This document shows positions 1-21,949 of a stretch of 64,000 nt of DNA, in pieces; the stretch's first letter is position 1; the number at the start of each line of letters is the position of its first letter. The stretch lies in assembly GCF_009914755.1 (NCBI RefSeq), contig NC_060947.1. One strand, 5' to 3'. Under the pieces are notes generated by a model. The model searched no databases, was not told where the DNA came from, and saw nothing but the letters and a program-made list of their open reading frames with translations. Source of the stretch: the human T2T-CHM13v2.0 reference genome, Homo sapiens. The position numbers and the translations under genes are program-made.

Positions 1-404
1 CCACTGCACTCCAGCCTGGGTGACAGAACAAGACCCTGTCTCTAAAACATACATACATAAAATGTTGTTTTAAGTGACTAAGTTTTGGCGTGGTTTAGTT
101 GTATATCCATAATATCATATTATACATATTATATCACAACTTGTTTTTTTTGCTTCTTCATATTGAGATCTTTCCATGTTTACACCTATAGCTGTAGTTC
201 ATTCATTTTAAACTAACTTGAACAAAGAGTCCTTTCATATGAATATACCATAATTTATTTATTCATTCACTTACTAATGGACATTTGTGTTTCCAGTTTC
301 TCACTACTACAAGCAATATTGCAATGCACGCTCTTATATGGGTACTTTTTGTACAAGGAATGGAATTACTTAGTCAAAAGGTAGATATCTTCAACTTTGC
401 TATA

Positions 405-762
405 TAGTAATGAGCCACATAACTATATTTCGGTCAATGACAGACCACATATACAATGATGGTCCCATAAAATTATATTACCTTTATTTTAATGTACCTT
501 TTTTATGTTTAGATATAAATGTACCTAAACATAGTTACACAGATACTTACCATGTGCTACAATTGTCTACAGTATTCAATGTAGTAACATGCTGTAAAGG
601 TTTGTAGCCTAGGAGCAATAGACTATGTCATATAGCCTAGATGTGTAGTAAGCTATACCACCTAGGTTTGTGTAAATACACTATGATGTTTGCAAAAGGA
701 AGAAATTGTCTAACGATGCATTTCTCAGAAGATATCCCCATCACTAACCAACACCTAAATGT
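405..762. mobile_element. Tigger3/Golem-derived MITE (TcMar-Tigger)
   Basis: Matches my recalled consensus (...cggtcaatgacagaccacatatac...gtagcctaggagcaatag...catttctcagaa...) with decayed terminal inverted repeats. Confidence 0.75.
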
Positions 763-2489
763 ATATGCCCAACTGCTTTCCAAGAAGGTTGTACATGTCT
801 TCAATCCCTTATCTACAATTTTGAAATCTGAAAATAAACCAAAAGTATTTTTCATGATTTTGGCTTTTTTCACTTTGCTTATGGCGTTTTGGTATTTTTT
901 ACTACTTACAATTTTTTCAAGGTTATCAATAATTTTCTTTATGGTTGTGCTTGCCTTACTCTTCCAGCCACTATAAACTGGTTTCTGAACCATACCATTC
1001 CAATTATACTGCTCAAGAAGGTCACCAATTGTGCTTAAAAGCCAAATTTCATGAGCGTTTTCAAGTATAATGAAATAACTAGTTGACCTCTGCAGCATTT
1101 GATCCTATTCATCTTTTTCTACCTTAGAACTTTCACCTCCCTTAGCTTTGACACCACTATCTCCTTAGTGCTCTGAATCTCTCTCTCAACCAACAGTCTA
1201 CACACTATTAATGGGATACAGCACTGTGCAGTGGGATTCAGAATTTTCATTAAAATTACCGACAATTCATGTGCTCTCACGTCCATCTGGGTGATGTGCT
1301 ATGTGTGGTAGGTGTGATATATCATGAAAAACTTACTGTGCAAAAATATTGAGTGTTTCAATTAAGGATTTATTAAGGTAAAAATATATTAATGAGTAAT
1401 TTCCAAATGAATTCGATACAACAGTGATGTGACATTAATGCCAATGAACTCAGGGAAAAAAGAACTTAGGAGATAAATTATGTATCTGCTACCCCCTACA
1501 CTAATTGTTACGTGTTCATATCTTTGTTTCTCTCTAAGTGCCTATGTGTCACTTAGACTAGCATATAGTTAGCTGCTGATTGATGTGTATCTTCTCCAAA
1601 AGGTAAATTTAGTCACAACATTCTCAATCCAAGCACAAAATAAAGGTCAGATACTGCAAAGAAAAATACCTTATTGTGCAATATTTTACAAACAGCATAG
1701 TAATACTTGTTTTAGGCAAGAATCATCAATGAATGCTAGAACTAGTGGGTGAAAGTTTGATGAGAAACAAGATATTCTCAAAATATCTTCCTCAAAGATA
1801 TTTATTAGTTGCAAAGGGAAGAATAGTACCTTGAGAATGTAGAAAACTGGCAGATCTTTTTAACCAACTGGTGATCAACATTAATATCACCAGTAATGGC
1901 ACAAATAAATATCATGTGCCTCCTGATATTATGCACTGAGAAGGACACAAATTACTTCTGTACTATTCCTACTGAAAATGCTTAACTTGAATTAAATTGC
2001 ATGGAAACATCAGACAAACCCAAAATGAGGGACATTCTAAAAAAACTGACCTATGTTCTTCAAAAATATTAATGCCATGAATGACAAAGAAAGGCTAAGG
2101 AATATGTTCCAGATTAAAGGAAACTAAAGTTGGTGGTTTCCCAAAATGTTAAATATAGAATTACCATATGACCCAGCAATTCCACTCCTAGGTATATGCC
2201 CAAGAGATTCAAAACAAATATTCAAACAAAACCTTGAAAACATATGTTCATAGAAGCACTATTCACAGTAGTGAAAAGGTAAAAACAACCCAAACGTCCA
2301 TCAGTGGATAACTGGAAAAACAAAATGTAGTGTATCCACACAATGGAATATTTTTCAGCCAGAAAATGGTTGAAGTAATGATACATGCCAAAATGTGGAT
2401 AAACCTTGAAAATATCATGCTAAGTCAAAGAAGTCAGACACAAAAACCACATATTGGATGATTTCATTTACATGAAATGTCCAGAATAA

Positions 2490-3905
<1,416 letters not shown>

Positions 3906-4500
3906 GGGTTTTGCCATTTTGCCCACCAACCCAAGTCCCACCTCCTCAGTATGCTTTTCAAAAAAAGTATTGTAACCTTGAAAGTACAATGTATCTCAAA
4001 CTATGGATCACTCCCAAAGTACCTAGCATAGCTCTGGGCATAAAGAACCCAAGTAAGTGCTTTCCCAAACTGATGCATACATAAATTAACAAGAACAAAA
4101 TTCAGATTATTTAATGAACATAATCTCAATCTCCTTCACTGGCTCCTCATTCTCTGCTCATCCCTTAAACACTATTGTGAAAATGGGGCTTATATTAATA
4201 CCTACTTCATGTAAGGTTGTTGTGAGAATTGAATGAGTAAGTACATATAAAACATTTAGTATAGTGCCTGCTACATAGTAGGTGCTCAGTAAATGTTAGA
4301 AATTATTATATCGCTGTCACTTTTCCCCAAACTTTTGTTATTGCCTGTAGTCTCATTCTTGGTTAATGGTCTCACCATTGACCTAGGCTCCTAAACCTAT
4401 TTTCATGCCATTTAATGGCTTCAATCCCTTCTTAACTCCTCTCACACTCCCCATATTCACTTAGTCACCAAAGGCCTATTGATCCTTCTTTAAGGATCTG

Positions 4501-4821
<321 letters not shown>

Positions 4822-5678
4822 TCACCTGCTCTCTTTTGTTCAGGCCCTCATTTCTCCCTTGAGAATACCAATGTCCTTCTAGTCTCCCTACCTCTGGCCT
4901 TTCCCCTGCCCAGTCTTCTTTATACTGTAACCATCCATCTAAAACACAGTTTACTCTCCCCTTTAAAGCTCCTCAACTGCTACCAGTTATTCACATAGTT
5001 TGGCATGCAAGGCTCTTCTGTGCTCTGACCACTGCCTACCTATCCAACTTTACCTTCTATCCAATTCTTTATTCTATACCTATAGTTCAATTATACCAGT
5101 CTATTTTCAGTTATAAGAATGGGCCATGCTGTTTCACCCCAGCATACCTGGGTAGTTTAAATTCTTCTTCCTGAAATATCCTTCCTAACTTTGTGCATTT
5201 TGTAAATACTTATTCATTCCCTGTTTCCATTTAATTACCTTCTCTGTGAAGATGTCTCAAATCTCACTCTCCATTGTTATACTTTATCACATTTTATGTT
5301 TGTTTCCCCTACTACTAGATTGCTCTTATTCCTGCAAAGCAAAAGCCATGTCTTATTCATATATTTATTCTCAATGTTTTGCATAGTATCTAGTACATAG
5401 TGTGTTGGGAGGAGATGGTTAGTTAATGACTAAATAAGCCGCCTCTCTGGCCTTATTTCCTACTATCCTACTGGTTCCATGGATACACATAGCACTTTCT
5501 AGCCTCTCTCCTTTGCTGCTGCCAATCTCTGTGCCTACAGTGTTTTCCACTACTTCATCTCAACCTACTGAAAACCTATTTTCCATGGGGCAGGTGATTC
5601 TTATCTCTTGTTGCTACCTTTTCTGATCACCATGGCTAAAAATGATCTCTTTCTTAGCCCGGTCTCTATTACATGGTG

Positions 5679-5746
5679 AGATCTTAGGATCAACAAGATC
5701 CAAAGATCAATAAGATTTTAGGATAGATAAGATCTAAAGATCAATA
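5679..5746. repeat. Four 17-bp tandem units with 34-bp higher-order periodicity
   Basis: agatcttaggatcaaca / agatccaaagatcaata / agattttaggatagata / agatctaaagatcaata. Confidence 0.85.
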
Positions 5747-6244
5747 ATATCCACTCTCTGCCCTCAAGAACTCACTGTCTACCATGGGGGTCCTTAAGCT
5801 AGGACAGTGGTTCTTGAAGCCTAGTGAATAAAAGAATTACCTGGTGGGATTGTTCAAGATATTTGAGGCCTACCCTCAAAAGATTCTGATTTAGTAACTC
5901 AGGTTGCTTTATAAACAAGCATTCCTAGTGATTCTAATGCAGGTGAATAGTCTGTGCATGTCCTTTGGGAGGTTCATGAACCTGATGAACAACTGTGTAA
6001 ATATATACGTACATGTGTATTTTTCTAGACAGATTCCACAGTTTATAGTACATCATCTATGACCTCTAAAATAGTTTAAAAGTCACTGATCAAATGGGAA
6101 ATAGATATGTTAACTGACAGGTTACAAAACAATCCAGCTAAGTGATAGAAGAGAAATATGAATAAAGTGCTGTGGGAATATAGATCAGAAAGCAACTAAG
6201 TGTCCCAGAGACAGCTAAGAAAAGCTTCATGTGAGGGTAACATT

Positions 6245-7504
6245 TTATTTATTTATTATTTATTTGTTTTTAGAGGCAGGATCTCACTCTGTTGCCCAGG
6301 CTGGAGTATAGTAGCACAATCATATCACATGAAATCATATCATATGAAATCATATGATTTCATATTGTGAAATCATAGTTCACTGCAGCCTCCAAGTCCT
6401 GGGCTCAAGAGGTCCTCTACCTCAGCCTCCCAAATAGCTGTGACTACAGGTGTGCACCACCACAGCCCGCTAATTTTTTTTTTCAGAGATGAAAGTCTCA
6501 CTACCTTGCCAAGCTGGTCTTAAACCCCTGGCCTCAAGTGATCCTCCTGCCTCAGCCTCCTGTGTAGCTGAGATTATAGGTGTGTTACCAAACCCAGCTT
6601 AGGTTAACATTTTAGCAGGATTTTCTAAAGTGAGTATACATTTGCCAAGTGCAGTAGAATGCTGGTAATTCTAGGCATAGGGAACAGGATATGTAAAGAC
6701 ACAGAGATACAAAAAAGAAGTTTTACTTTCAATATGTCTAGAATATTTTGAAAGGAGATACATGTGAATAATGAGACTAGAGACACAGGTAGGGCTTTGT
6801 ATGCCAAGTTAAATAGTTGCTTTGCTTTGTTTTGTTTTGTTTTGTTTTTCAGAGATAGGCTGGAGTGCAGTGGTGCTCGTAGCTCACTGGAATCTCCAAC
6901 TCCTAGGCTCAAGTGATCCTCCTGTCTCAGCTTCCCAAGGCACTAAAACTAGAGTGTGCAGTATTTTTTTTTATTTATTTAGTACAGATAGCGTCTCATT
7001 CTGTCACCCAGGCTGCTCTCAAACCCCTGGCCTCAACTAATCCTCCTACTTCAGCTTCCCAAAGTGCTGGGATTACAAACATGAGCCACCACGCCTGGCC
7101 TGTTAAAGAGTTTTATTCTGTAAATAACAGAGAAACAAAAGAGTAGTTTTTAAATTAAGGTAAATTAAGGTAAAATTCACCATTTTAACCACTTTATATT
7201 TTTTATTTATTTATTTATTTTAGAGACAGGGTCTTGTTCTGTTGCCAAGACTGGAGTACAGTGGCACAATCATAGCTCACTGCAGCCTCACACTCCTGGT
7301 CTCAAGTGATCTTACTGCCTCAGCCTCTCAAGTTGCTGGGATCACAAACCCAAGCTACTGTGCCCAGCTAAGTTTTGTATTTTTACTAGAGACGGCGTTT
7401 CACCATGTTGGCCAGGCTGGTCTCAAACTCCTGACATCAAGTGATCCACCAGCCTTGGCCTCCCAAAGTGCTGGGAGTATGGTCGTGAGCCACTGCACCT
7501 GGCC
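6245..7504 (-). mobile_element. Three old minus-strand Alus (about 6245-6600, 6822-7100, 7197-7504)
   Basis: Antisense Alu arms with T-rich tails and AluJ-like features. Confidence 0.85.
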
Positions 7505-7874
7505 AGGAGATCTATTGTACATCATGATGACTATAGTGGCTCCCAGGCATTGGGAGAAAAGGAATGAATAGGTGGAGCACAGAGGATTTTTAGGGCAGTG
7601 AAACTATTCTGTATGATACTGTAATGGTAGATACATGTCACTAAACATTTGTTGAAACCCATAGAATATATAATACCAAGAGTGAACCCTAATGTAAACT
7701 ATAGACCTTGGGTAGTAATGATGGTTCATTGATAGTGACAAATATACCACTCTGGTGTGGGATGTTGATAGTAAAAGAGATTGTGCGTGTGTGGACAGGA
7801 AGTATACGGGAACTCTCTATACCTTTTGCTCAATTTTGCTGTGAACTAAAACTTCTCTAAAAAATAAAGTGTAT

Positions 7875-9124
<1,250 letters not shown>

Positions 9125-9150
9125 TTAAAAGTACTATTCTGGAAGGAAAG

Positions 9151-9762
9151 TATATTAGTCAGAGTTCTCCTGACTATTATATTATATATATATCCTGAAA
9201 GTATATTAGTCAGAGAACCAATAGGATACATATAGATAGATATATGAGAGGGAATTTATTAGGGGAATTGGCACACATGATTATAGAGGCTGAGAAATCC
9301 CACAACAGGCCATCTGCAAGCTGGAGACCCCAGGATGCTGATAGCATGGTTCAGTCCAAGTCTGAAGGCCTCAGAACCAGGGAAGCCAATGGCGTGTAAC
9401 TCTCAGTCGGAGGCCAGAGGCCTGAGAACCGAAGGTTAGGCAGGGAGCACTGGTGTAAGTTCTGGAGTCCAAAGACCGGGGAGACCAGAGTTCTGTTGCC
9501 CAAAGCAGGAGACAAATGTATCCCAGCTCCAGCAGATAAATCAACACATTTGCCTTTTTCTCATTTTTTGTTCTCTACAGGTCCCTAACAGATTGAATGA
9601 TGCCTGCCCACACTAAGGGCAAATCTTCCCCACCTAGTCCACTCAGACTCACACAATCATCTCTTCTGGAAACCCTCACAGACACACTCCAAAATAATGC
9701 TTTACCAGGATTCTAGGTATTCCTTAATCCAGTCAAGTTGACATCTAAAATTAACCATCAGA
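9151..9762 (-). mobile_element. MLT2B-type solo LTR (ERVL)
   Basis: tatattagtcagagttctcc...agaaccaatagga...ccagtcaagttgacatctaaaattaaccatca, with approximate 5-bp TSD gaaag/gaaaa. Confidence 0.85.
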
Positions 9763-10204
9763 GAAAATATATAGAAGTTCTAATTTCTTACAAACTCAGG
9801 AAACAAAAGGGAACTACTTTCCTTCAAATGAGTCTAATTTGCATTCATTATAGCCTGATGTCCAAGAGGCTCTGACCCTTAAACTTCTGTAAGCTGCTCT
9901 GACAATAAATAAGTAATTGCATACCTATCTGTGAAGAATAATCCTTCACATGATTCAACTTCCTTCTCATTAACTCTGCTTTCCACTGCCTAATAATAGT
10001 GACTATTTACTGAGCTCTAAGTATGTGCCAGGCATCGTGTTGAGTGCTTTATTTTTTTAATTTAATTCTTACAGTAAGTATCAATCCACTTGATAGATGA
10101 AGAAACTGAAGTTTGGAGAAAGTAAGTAATATTTCCATGATCAGGCAGCTAGTACACAGAAGAGCCAGGATTCATTCTTTCAACTATTAAATATTAAAGA
10201 AATC

Positions 10205-11040
10205 TTTTTTTGTTGTTAATAAAATTTTTGTGGTTTTATTGTATCGTCTGAACAAATCAATGTCTGGGCGGTGAGGCAGCTGCTTTCTCCTTCCCTTCTT
10301 TGGGTTACTAGAGCAACTTCTCCATAGATTTAAAAAAAAAAAAAACAAAGGACAACCTTTTGCATTACTTAAGTCTTTCCAAGGCATGCGCTGGTACAAC
10401 ACAAACTTCTCCCGTCAGAAGCAACTAGTCTAGTGTCCAAACATCATGCACAACACCTCGGTGGCAGCAGCGCACTGCGCCACCCGCCACAGCCTTGCTC
10501 ATTTGTGCATGATATTTGGAGCATCTGGAGGAGTGGGAATAGTATTGGGAAGAGGAGGGAGGAGGAAACAGTATGAGTGCCTGGCTGAGAGGAGGTCAAC
10601 TGAAGTTGTGCAGGGCAAGCCTGAACATGTCATTGGTGAAAGCATCGTTGATGTTCTTTAATAGGAACATCTGGTGGAAACCCATGATGAGGTCTTCATC
10701 CGCCTTAAGCTGACCCACAGCCATGCTGATGATGCAGCTATCTGGCATGGGCTAATGGTCCTGCACCGTGATGCTGTGCTGGATTTTCTGGAACGGAAGG
10801 CTAGACAAGTTCTCCACAATGGCAGCTTTCCCTTGGAACTGTTGTCCTTCTCACGTAAGGCATGACGCATCAATGTAAATTGCGCCTAATTGGGTTCTAT
10901 CGTTATCAAATAACTGGTAGTAATGTTGAATGAAGCTGGATCCAACCTGCTTCCAAATTGGCTTGTCTTCCATTCTGGAGCATCACCCAGCCTCGCGGAG
11001 ACCCGAGGGGCTGGCATGATGGCGGCAATGGAGGCGGCCA
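10205..11040 (-). pseudogene. NUTF2P7: NUTF2 (NTF2) processed pseudogene; CDS remnant 10973-10596
   Basis: Intronless [123 protein letters not shown]. Premature stops at 10853-10851 and 10754-10752 and a 6-nt deletion. Both UTRs, AATAAA and a decayed poly(A) near 10205-10240 are present. The P7 number is recalled. Confidence 0.93.
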
Positions 11041-11135
11041 ATAAACCTTTAAAATATGATTGGCATCTCTATATAGCCAATATTTCCTTAGAAAAGGGAA
11101 ATTCATCATAATTAAATTTATATTTATTTAGCTAG

Positions 11136-11354
<219 letters not shown>

Positions 11355-11501
11355 TAGATATTTTCACTCTACTGCCCCGGCTAGAGTGCAGTGGTGCCAT
11401 CATAGCTCACTGCAACCTGAAATTCCTGGGCTCAAGAAATCCTCTAGCCTCAGCCTTCCAAGTAGCTGGGATTACATTAGTGCACCATCATTTCCAGCTA
11501 A

Positions 11502-11675
<174 letters not shown>

Positions 11676-12593
11676 TAACCTTGCCTTCACAGATATTTTT
11701 ATTATAGTTCATTGTAAGCTTCTTCATTTTTGAACTCAAGCCAGGTCCCCACACAGGCTTAGTTCTCCTAGTTCTCTCGGTTTTTATAATTAATGACTAC
11801 CACTCTACTGACTGTGTCCATAACCCCCGGGGCCTCCTCTCTGTTTTGCTGCTTGTAACCCAGGCCTTAACTTGTCCTCTAGGGTCTAAGATTCATATCT
11901 ATATTTTTCCACATTCCCCTTTTTTATTATTTTTCTTTCTTGTTCTTTTCTACAGAGCCAGAGGACTACTCACCTGGCTAAACCAGAATGACACAGATTG
12001 CCTCATAAACTGGAATTCTGACAGCCCAAGAGCACAATATCCCAGGTCACAAATGACAGGACTGTACAAGCAATAGATTTTTTGTGATTTTTTTTTCTGA
12101 TGGCTGCTAGAATGAAAAATAAAGAAATATTACATCTCTAAGAGTAACCATTAAATTCCTCCATATTACTTCAGAGTAGAAATCAATTTAATAAGTCCCC
12201 AGCATGGTGATAAATAATTTTTCTGCTGTTGTCAACCAATATCAAATATACAGTACTAGTATAGAAGCAGCTATAAGGCTCCTTTCCAGCTGATCAACTC
12301 CTCTCCTCCACTCCATTGCCAGCAATTATGCACCTCAGTATCCAATTATTCCAATGTTCTTTTATCCTGTAACAAATGGTAGCCAGAACTCAATATGTGC
12401 CAGATTATCATCCGGCAATTAATATTCTTAGGGTTTCTTAACTGGAGCTCTACATCTCTGATTCACTCTCATTGTTGCTTTACATTTTCTCTTCTATGCT
12501 TCTAGCTATGTATCTTATTTATACAAAGATAAAATTATATCAAATATAGCTAGGGTAATTAAGATGGAACCCTCACACTAAAGCAGATCCTGA

Positions 12594-12863
<270 letters not shown>

Positions 12864-13134
12864 TAGATCAAAAATTCATCACAGTATACTGGATACAGCC
12901 CAAGGAAAAATCTGTTTGATACTAAACTGCATTCTTACCAAAATTATGATCTATAGTCAACTTTAATTCTATTGGTGGCATTAATAATTTATCACACATA
13001 CCAATTTCACATTTGTCATAGTCACAGTATTCCAAAGCTGTCAAATTACTTCCCAGCTACCAATATCAGTTCCCAAATTTCACTGAGATCTAAACAAAAC
13101 AATTTCAAAAAGTTTCCTTAGTTTACTGTCTAGA

Positions 13135-13546
<412 letters not shown>

Positions 13547-14369
13547 AGGAATAATATTTTTAACAATAATGACTCTAGTTATGTTCTGGATTCCAACTAA
13601 TCACATAGATTCCAATATTATCTTTTTCTTATACAACTAATTGCACCCTATGCTTGAGCCAAAACTAGCCACCATTCCCTAAAACCTTCCAGCTTTTGGT
13701 CATGCCCATCCATTCAGCCTCTATCTCATCTTCTTACCTGAACTCTGGTCATCCCAAACCATGAACTGTGCTGCTATTTCCTCCCTGGCAAAGCTCTTCA
13801 TTTGAGGCTCTTCTTTTCTTTCTTTCTTTCTTTCCTTTCTTTCCTTTCTTTTCTTTCTTCCTTTTTCTTTCTTTCTTTTCTTTCTGACAGTGTTCCTGCT
13901 CTATGTTGCCCAGGCTGGCCTCGAACTCCTGGGGCTTGAGTGGTCCTCCCACTTCAGCCTCCCAAGTAGCTGGAATTACAGGTGCACAAACCATGCCCAG
14001 CTGAGGCTGTTCATTTTCCTTTGCTCATATCTCCCCATAAGTCAAGATCAGGTTATCATCTTCTTGTATCTTCTTCACTGGATCCCCAAGGTATTATTTT
14101 ACCATCTTACCTCAATAACCTCTTTCTTCAAAGTTCATAATACTCAATTTTATGACCCTCTCAATGTTAAATGTCAATCTCCAAGTCTCCCCCCAACATT
14201 CACTGAGGACTTCAGTACCAACTGTTTTCCTTTTCTCTTCTCATCCTGAAAGTCTTCATTATCCCCCTTGATGATATAACACCCAAACCTCATGGATCCT
14301 TGACATAACCTATTCTAACTTCTTCATCTCCATTCCCTTTCAATAATCCATTTCTTTTTTTTTTTTTTT

Positions 14370-14527
14370 AGGGGAAAGCACAAACTCAGTCTCCCACTAC
14401 CACACATTATGCAGTCGAGTTTCCTGTATTTGGGGAAATCACAGGGGCCAACACACCCAGAGTGCAATGGATGGGCCTCACCCTGAGAAAACCACCTTTG
14501 TGATCATGGTATCTCCCCTGCCAGGTA
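14370..14527 (-). pseudogene. RNU1-56P: U1 snRNA retropseudogene with poly(A) tail (T-run 14351-14369)
   Basis: Minus strand reads TACCTGGCAGGGGAGATACCATGATCACAAAGGTGGTTTTCTCAGGG...CTTTCCCCT followed by poly(A), with many substitutions versus U1. The locus number is recalled. Confidence 0.93.
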
Positions 14528-15388
14528 TCAATTATTTGTTGCTGGAGTGACACTTGGAATGGCTCTACTTCCAAAACCAAACACAGAGGGTCCACTCTCA
14601 GAACTACTTGTTGTTCTACTTCTCTTAAACCTTATACTCCCTGAATTTACCCTTAAACTGCCTCAAGGCCTTTAATTCATTAACCCTCTTGCCTATTTTC
14701 CAAAGCCATCATGTACTTTTGGGTTTTTTGGTATTTTTTGGCGGGGGGTCTCAAATTCCTTTATTTAAAAAAAATTTATTTCCACAGGTTTTTGGGGAAC
14801 AGGTGGTGTTTAGTTACATGAGTAAGTTCTTTAGTAGTGATTTATGAGATTTTGGTGTACTCATCACCCGAGCAGTATACACTGCACCATATTTGTAGTC
14901 TTTTATCCCTCACCCCCTTCCCACCCTTTCCCCCTGAGTCCCTAAAGTCCATTGCCATCATGTACTTTTGGACTGCATTTCCTTGTCTACTTAGGAAAGA
15001 GTCCATGGACAGTGAGACTTCAATAACAGTAACCAACACTCCCTATTCTCCTATCCCCTTGATTTTCCACCATCCCTATTATGTCAATTCTCACCCACAA
15101 ATCAACCAAACTATTTATATTCTCCATTCCTGCTTACAAAGTACTGCTGAGTAAAATTATATACTCCTGGTCACCAGCTTCCCTTCCATCCTCCACTCCT
15201 AACAGAATGTTCTTTTTTTAAAGTTGGCAAATAAAAAGTATATATATTTATGGTATACAATATGATGTTTTGAAATATGTACACATTGTGGAATGGCTAA
15301 ATTGAGCTAATAAGTAACATATGCATTACATCACATACTTTTTTGTAGTAAGAACACTTAAGAATGATCTTTTAAAACATAAATTAGT

Positions 15389-18260
<2,872 letters not shown>

Positions 18261-18883
18261 AAAAAAGAGAGAGAGAATATAAATCAACTAGGACTCCTTG
18301 GAGAAATAGCAAGTCTGAGGCAGGAACTATATAAGCCTTGTGCCAGGAATCAAGCAAGCTATGGAACACTAATGAGTCATGTCAGGAACATACAGGAGGC
18401 AACGCATTGGCAAAAGATGGTAAAAATTGAGTATTAACAAGAATAATGAATGCAGTCAATTAAAACCCATTGAATACATTTTTTAATTTTTAATTTTTAT
18501 GGATACATAAATAGATATACATATTTATTATAGGGTACATGTGATAGACATTTTTTAAAGGGTGGTTAATAAAGACAGGGAAATAACAAACATATACAAC
18601 TCATTGGATATCATTGAAAGTAAGTAGAGCACCAACTCTTTACTCTGAAAATTGGTAATTAAGGAAAGAATTAATCATGTCTCCTGCCTTCCCTGTAGGA
18701 GTAACACAATAGTCCTAGTTGATGAGGGAAAGTTTACTTTCAGAAGAATTCCAACTAGTTAATGTGGAAAACAAAATTAAGGAATCACTATTTTGAAACT
18801 ACTAGTGAAATGATTAATTCCACCAATGGTCATAACAGATTAAACTATTAAATGAAAAGTTGATGGGAAACATAATGAAGGAG

Positions 18884-21078
<2,195 letters not shown>

Positions 21079-21504
21079 TTACTCTGCAGATCCCTTCACA
21101 TCACCATAAGTATCCATCTACCTCTTCTTCCTCTAATTAAGATTGCTTTTCTCTCAAGTACTGGTACTCAAGTTAAACTTTAAAAACTGTTTTCTTTCAT
21201 TTCATAACTAATATTACAAAAATATTTTATATTTGTTATTGCTATGTGTAATATTTTATTGACCCTGTGGATTAAGCAAGTTTTTATCTGCTATTCTGGA
21301 AACATAACCACTACTTATAAATGGTTTCTCTGACAAAATTGTCCAAAGCTTCAAATCACTAATTTAAATACTTAAATTTTTAAAAATACACAAAAAAATA
21401 TGCACAAAGAAAAATTCACAAAAGAAACATTTATTCTACTCATCATGTACAAATGGTTATTTTAGGATACCAAAAAGACCTAGTTGGTAAGGGAAAATTA
21501 TTTA

Positions 21505-21714
<210 letters not shown>

Positions 21715-21949
21715 CTAGGAAAATCACCATTTGGAATACCCTTATGAAACTAATAATTCAGATAATGATCATCAGTGGATGCTAAGACAATGAGGATGCC
21801 TTTCTAACAATGAGGGTAGATGAGAAAGGCAATAAGGACTTTTAAAATAGAAAGATTAAGCTGTCCACAATCTGTACACACTGCTCAGCCATAGTATCAC
21901 TAAAAGTGGACCAACCAGACATTGGGGTAGCATGTATGAGGGCTTGGAT

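Noticed and set aside
637-1098. 153-aa and 111-aa overlapping ORFs
   Set aside because: They overlap a Tigger MITE and AT-rich decayed repeats, with no recognisable domain or splice context.
5679-5746. CRISPR-like regularly spaced repeats, also at 35198-35258
   Set aside because: Eukaryotic DNA, no unique spacers and no cas genes; these are simple tandem duplications.
9925-9990. Possible minus-strand exon ending AG|GTATGC
   Set aside because: The apparent acceptor comes from the edge of an adjacent MIR and lacks a pyrimidine tract.
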